Assembly: GCA_965198175.1 (NCBI GenBank)
Contig: OZ240245.1
Location: 2,400,001-2,464,000, forward strand
Direction of reading: 5' to 3'
DNA length: 64,000 nt
Source of the DNA: Candidatus Poribacteria bacterium
Lineage (GTDB): Bacteria > Poribacteria > WGA-4E > PCPOR2b
The translations under genes and the position numbers were made by a program. Positions 59,844 through 64,000 of this stretch are shown here, one piece after another. Below the pieces are notes generated by a model that saw nothing but the letters and a program-made list of their open reading frames with translations, had not been told where the DNA came from and made no database searches. The stretch's first letter is position 1. The number at the start of each line of letters is the position of its first letter.

Positions 59844-61322
59844 ATGAGTGCCAAGAAAACCTCAAGTGCCTTGATTACGTCGCTGATTATTCACGGAGTC
59901 GCTGTGTTGATTCTCGGTGTTTATCTAGTCACCCAAACCCCGCAGTTCAAAGACTTAGTCGGTGCCCAAATACTTAATCCACCGGATCCACCGAAACCTA
60001 CAGTACGTAAACAGCCCTTTAAGCAGATTAAACCTTCGATTCTTACCGATGACACCGTGGTCAATGTACAGGTTCAAGTCCAGCCTAGAGTCACAACCGC
60101 AGCCGTTGTTCGCACGACTACCATCGAGCCGCAAACCGTGCTCGAATTCTCGAACAGGCCCATCAGGTTGGATGAACCCATTAAGCGCAGTGTTCCCAAA
60201 GTTGTTAATCCGAATGCCTCGCTGCCGCAAGTAACAACTGACGCTGATTTGCCAGTTTCTGACGCACCGGGTGCACTGGCATTTTCTAGTCCTGTTGCGT
60301 CTGCTCCAAGCGCTAGCCCGTCAAATATTGGACGCGGGATTGCTGGCGGAATAGTGCAGGTGAAGGCTGGTTTTCAACGTCCTCCGGGCTTAATGATGGT
60401 GAAGCAGGTTGGCGCTGCGCGTGATGCACTTCGGGATGTAGTTGATAGCATCACGCTCGGCAATGCAGATGTTCCGCCACTACCGAGGGGTGAGCCTGGG
60501 GGTACAGTCATCGGAAAAGGGCCTGACATTCAAGGTGTCTTCCGCTTTGCCCGCATTCGCCATACTCTCGCTGACTGGTGGGCGGATGCGTCGTCGCTGA
60601 ATGCATTGACCAAATGGCTGAATGAGCGAACGAATATCAAGACGGACATGAATGTTGAAGGCGGTGCGCTGAAATTGACGGACGCTGCCTTACAAAAAAC
60701 GCCAATGGCATTTATGACAGGGCATGCCCCTGCGCTTGTTCGTTCCCAAGGACTCGATCAGAAGGGTGGTTTTGGTTCGACGCTGAACAGCAGATTTACG
60801 GAACCGGAAGCGGCGGGATTGCGCCGATATCTTGTTGATAGAGGCGGTGTCCTTGTCTTTGACGATTGCGGTGTGAACGCGGCGGACCAGGGGTTCACTC
60901 GTATATTCCTCGCCCAGATGCGCTATGTGATGCCAGAATATCAGGTTGAGCGTATTCCTAACGACCACGAGGTCTATAACAACTTCTATGAGATAGGAGG
61001 ACCACCGGTTGGGTTCGACATCTTCTGGTTTGGCACGAGAGCGCCGAAACGGAATTTTCTCGAAGGAATTTCCGTTGGTGCGAAACTTTCGGTGCTGGTA
61101 GTTCGCCGTGATTACATGTGCGCGATGGAGGCAGTAAGCCTACCGACACGTTCGGTGCACTACTCTCCTGGAGTGTATCGATTTATGACCAACGTCGCTG
61201 TTTACTCATTGACGCACGGTCAGATTGCCGATTACACCAACTATATTCCTGATGATCAATTAGCTGAGCAGAACCTGCCGACGCGGGCGCCAGAAGCCGC
61301 GAAGATTGGTAAGGTTGAATAG
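59844..61322 (+). CDS. Membrane-anchored DUF4159-like protein with a Pro-rich linker
   Basis: TonB-like anchor SLIIHGVAVLILG, Pro-rich stalk, FMTGH...LRRYL..GG.L..DDC...DHEVY..FY. Confidence 0.75.
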   Translation: MSAKKTSSALITSLIIHGVAVLILGVYLVTQTPQFKDLVGAQILNPPDPPKPTVRKQPFKQIKPSILTDDTVVNVQVQVQPRVTTAAVVRTTTIEPQTVLEFSNRPIRLDEPIKRSVPKVVNPNASLPQVTTDADLPVSDAPGALAFSSPVASAPSASPSNIGRGIAGGIVQVKAGFQRPPGLMMVKQVGAARDALRDVVDSITLGNADVPPLPRGEPGGTVIGKGPDIQGVFRFARIRHTLADWWADASSLNALTKWLNERTNIKTDMNVEGGALKLTDAALQKTPMAFMTGHAPALVRSQGLDQKGGFGSTLNSRFTEPEAAGLRRYLVDRGGVLVFDDCGVNAADQGFTRIFLAQMRYVMPEYQVERIPNDHEVYNNFYEIGGPPVGFDIFWFGTRAPKRNFLEGISVGAKLSVLVVRRDYMCAMEAVSLPTRSVHYSPGVYRFMTNVAVYSLTHGQIADYTNYIPDDQLAEQNLPTRAPEAAKIGKVE

Positions 61323-61427
61323 CACAAAACCAAAAACGATAATGATGAGTGGAGAGAAGATTCCGCGCTTTCCACTCTCTACTCTGCTAACATATCGAAA
61401 CAACATGTTTTCTGAGTTACCTTCACT

Positions 61428-62090
61428 TCAAAGGACTTCCGTGCGATTGGACGCTTTTGCCAACGCCTTCTCAAAAGATTCGCGCCAACATTCTGCTAAC
61501 GCGGGGACACCTAAAACCTCGTGAATCCCTTCCAAATTACTACTGTCGAAATAGAGCAAGTGGTGTACCGCCTTTACTGTTAGGCGCTTAAGTCCAATCT
61601 TAACCCGTTCAATCACATCGCCAGCGCCGACCTCGCCCACTTTTAAAACACGCAGGTAGAAACCCGACCGTTCGCTCGCCAAGAACTGTTTCGGAAATGT
61701 CGGAATACCCATCTTCAGTCCAAGCTTAAAGCATGGCACGCGCGGCTGGGACACTTCAACCAGTGCTGTTCCTATCCGGAAAACATCTCCGATATGGACG
61801 TCATCCTCCAGCATACCTTCTACAGTGAAGTTCTCACCGAACTGCCCGTAGGTTAAATCGTCCCGAATAAGTTCGCGCCGCCAGTATTCGTAATGCTCAA
61901 TTGGGTATGCGTAGACCGTTTTGTCGATGCCACCGTGTACCGTCAAATCCGCTTGCCCATCACCGTCCAAGTTCAACTTCCGCAGGACGACACGTCCCTT
62001 CACCGGCACTTTAAATATTCCTGTGTGTATCGTTTTCACGTTGTAGGAGACTGCCTTAGGTTTCGAAACATTCACCGAAAGCAGCTTCAT
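61428..62090 (-). CDS. MOSC domain protein (YiiM-like, with 3-alpha domain)
   Basis: TGIFK.PV, GDGQADL.VHGG.DK, FGENFT, SQPRVPCFKL. Confidence 0.92.
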   Translation of the reverse strand: MKLLSVNVSKPKAVSYNVKTIHTGIFKVPVKGRVVLRKLNLDGDGQADLTVHGGIDKTVYAYPIEHYEYWRRELIRDDLTYGQFGENFTVEGMLEDDVHIGDVFRIGTALVEVSQPRVPCFKLGLKMGIPTFPKQFLASERSGFYLRVLKVGEVGAGDVIERVKIGLKRLTVKAVHHLLYFDSSNLEGIHEVLGVPALAECWRESFEKALAKASNRTEVL

Positions 62091-62130
62091 CTGTTAGTCT
62101 CCCTGTAATGAGATTGGATGGCGAACTGGC

Positions 62131-62541
62131 TCACGCGCTCAACTCATCCATAATTTTCTCCATATCTTCCAGCAGTTCAACCTCATAACCATCTGGATCA
62201 GTAATGAAAGCCATTTTCATGCCACCCGATGTGAATTGCTTTCGCCAACCGTCGGGCCAAATCTCAAGACCAGATTTTTCCAGTTTGTCGCAGCAAGCAA
62301 CGAGATCAGGCACGCCAATGGCAACGTGCATCAAATCTTCCGGAACGTTGAGTTCATAATCGGGCGAATAGGTCAACTCCAGAGTAGGAAAGTTACCGGG
62401 CAGCTCCAGGTGCACAATTTGGTTGCCCGCTGGCGATTTATCGCTTCGACTTTTCACAACGAAACCTAGGTGATCGCAATACCATCTGATCGATCGGTCT
62501 AGGTCGCTGACTCGAATACGTGTGTGTAAAAAGGTAGCCAT
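62131..62541 (-). CDS. VOC/glyoxalase I family protein
   Basis: FLHTRIRVSDLDRSI, LELTY, HVAIGV, FITDPDGYEVEL. Confidence 0.9.
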   Translation of the reverse strand: MATFLHTRIRVSDLDRSIRWYCDHLGFVVKSRSDKSPAGNQIVHLELPGNFPTLELTYSPDYELNVPEDLMHVAIGVPDLVACCDKLEKSGLEIWPDGWRKQFTSGGMKMAFITDPDGYEVELLEDMEKIMDELSA

Positions 62542-63036
62542 CTCTTAATGTCCTTTCTGTTATCGGTTTTGGACAAATCCCAGTGAGAAGTCTCGCGAGT
62601 CCATTTCTCAACGTCGTAAAACTAACCACTTTAGAAGGACAGCGCGATTTTCAATCAATGATAGCATACGAATGAGTGTTGAGCAAGTCGATTGTTGGGC
62701 AGCTATCGCTTTCATTTTGAAGCAATCCACCAAATAATCAACAATACGTTCGTCAAAATTGATGTGAATAACGTGAGAGAAAACAAACGCAACGATTTCT
62801 GTTGATTAGATAGTAAAAAAGGCGTAAAATGGTTATGGATGCTTTACAATTTGCACAGTGCAAGCAGCGAAAACCATATGATTCGGGCGGTGCCTATCGC
62901 TAATTTCTGAGACGCATTTTATGATTGCGCAGAATCATCCGATAAACCACTGTAAACGGACGATGATTCAATACAGTGGTTGACGTTTTTTCGACCCATC
63001 ACATAGTATAAGCCAACGTAAAGGAGATTTTAAGCT

Positions 63037-63708
63037 ATGTCAAAAGCATCACTGAAACAACGCGTGCACAACGGAGAAGCCATTAACATAGGAGGCGCAT
63101 CTCTGGATACCTCAAAGGGGCAACTGGAGGATATCCTCAGTAAAGACACCTACGATTTGATCGGTGTCGACAGCCAGCACTCAGCGTTCGATGAAGACAA
63201 ACTCGTTAAGTTTTGCGCTATAGCAGAAGACTTGGGTGTACCAGTTCAGTTCCGCATCAAACACACACGACACGCCTATCTCATTGGCAATTACGTCGAT
63301 CTCGGCCCACTCGCCATTGTGGTGCCGCAAGTTGAGGACGAATCGACGGTGGATGAAGCGATTGATGCGTTCTACTATCCACAGGTGGGAAAAAGGAGTT
63401 GGGGACCTAGCTCCGGCTACGACATAAAGGCACATCCTGACCGTCTCGAATACGCCGAATGGTGGAACAATAATGGCATTCTCTGCCTACAGATTGAATC
63501 CGTTAATGCCGTCATCAATGCGCGAAAACTAGCTAAACCCGGGGTAGATATGCTTCTGTTTGGCGCGAATGACTTGAGTTTTAGCCTGGAATCATATTCG
63601 CACCCCCAATTCAAAACGGTTGACGACTGCATCCGCCACGTCGTGGAACAGATGGAGGGAACACAGGTCAAGGTAGGTGTTGGCAGATCGCCATCGGGGC
63701 AATTCTAA
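63037..63708 (+). CDS. HpcH/HpaI aldolase family protein
   Basis: DSQHS, VPQVE, YYPQVGKRSWG, QIES, GANDLS. Confidence 0.88.
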   Translation: MSKASLKQRVHNGEAINIGGASLDTSKGQLEDILSKDTYDLIGVDSQHSAFDEDKLVKFCAIAEDLGVPVQFRIKHTRHAYLIGNYVDLGPLAIVVPQVEDESTVDEAIDAFYYPQVGKRSWGPSSGYDIKAHPDRLEYAEWWNNNGILCLQIESVNAVINARKLAKPGVDMLLFGANDLSFSLESYSHPQFKTVDDCIRHVVEQMEGTQVKVGVGRSPSGQF

Positions 63709-64000
63709 TCCTTCACCTATTGCGCCTGGAAGGGCAGTCACCACCGCAGTGCTTTTCGATTGACATTCTTTTCTACCATTGTTAGAATACGATGATCGAT
63801 ACCATAAGGCTCTGGAGTTCTTCTTTTGTTGATATAGACACCCCGCGATGGTATGACGGGTCAACATCTTCCACTCCCTCAACGGTTGCTATTCTCGTTG
63901 ATGTTCGTATTGCACCTTTCTACGAACCGAGGAAGAATCGGCTTGAAGGACTGACGGCGGTTTTCTCCCGCCGGATTGAAAAATAGAGGTCGCTACCCGT

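Noticed and set aside
62946..62981. Inverted repeat AACCACTGTA...TACAGTGGTT upstream of the last aldolase gene
   Set aside because: It occurs once; I cannot tell an operator from an RNA hairpin or chance, so it is not called.

Overview
Bacterial chromosomal window. The gene content suggests Candidatus Poribacteria (inference): tandem secreted LamG proteins, PhyH dioxygenases, WD40/TolB propellers with a NYPNPFNP tail, and DUF4159 and vWA proteins. 1-5.1 kb is an array of six secreted LamG-like paralogues. 5.4-37.5 kb is mostly metabolic and housekeeping: two PhyH, a pseudogenised S9 peptidase, a cytochrome b/c fusion, a K+ channel, cca-M50-trpS-scpA-scpB, two threonine-synthase-family genes, a xylonate-dehydratase-family gene, recD2, egtD with a betaine-type ABC transporter, and archease. 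37.6-61.3 kb is an accessory cell-surface island. It holds an Omp85 barrel with an adhesin/CBM9-like passenger, two tandem [small secreted Ser/Ala/Cys-rich protein + WD40 propeller] cassettes, a double-vWA protein, a PAS kinase with a sigma54 activator, a phosphoesterase-like/thioredoxin/CcdA fusion, two TolB-like propellers and a DUF4159 protein. Four features stand out. (i) A family of sigma54 enhancer-promoter modules with NNNNCA-TT-TGNNNN palindromes lies in front of the island's operons. (ii) Ten exported proteins of three unrelated folds share the C-terminal motif V-x-P-x-x-K-x-x-T-x-W/L-G-x-(I/L/V)-K. (iii) The small-protein/WD40 cassettes show repeat shuffling. (iv) An unassigned riboswitch-like leader (stem, antiterminator, terminator) precedes the second thrC-like gene. 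I saw no rRNA, tRNA, CRISPR array or transposase. All family assignments come from motif recognition by eye; no database search was run.
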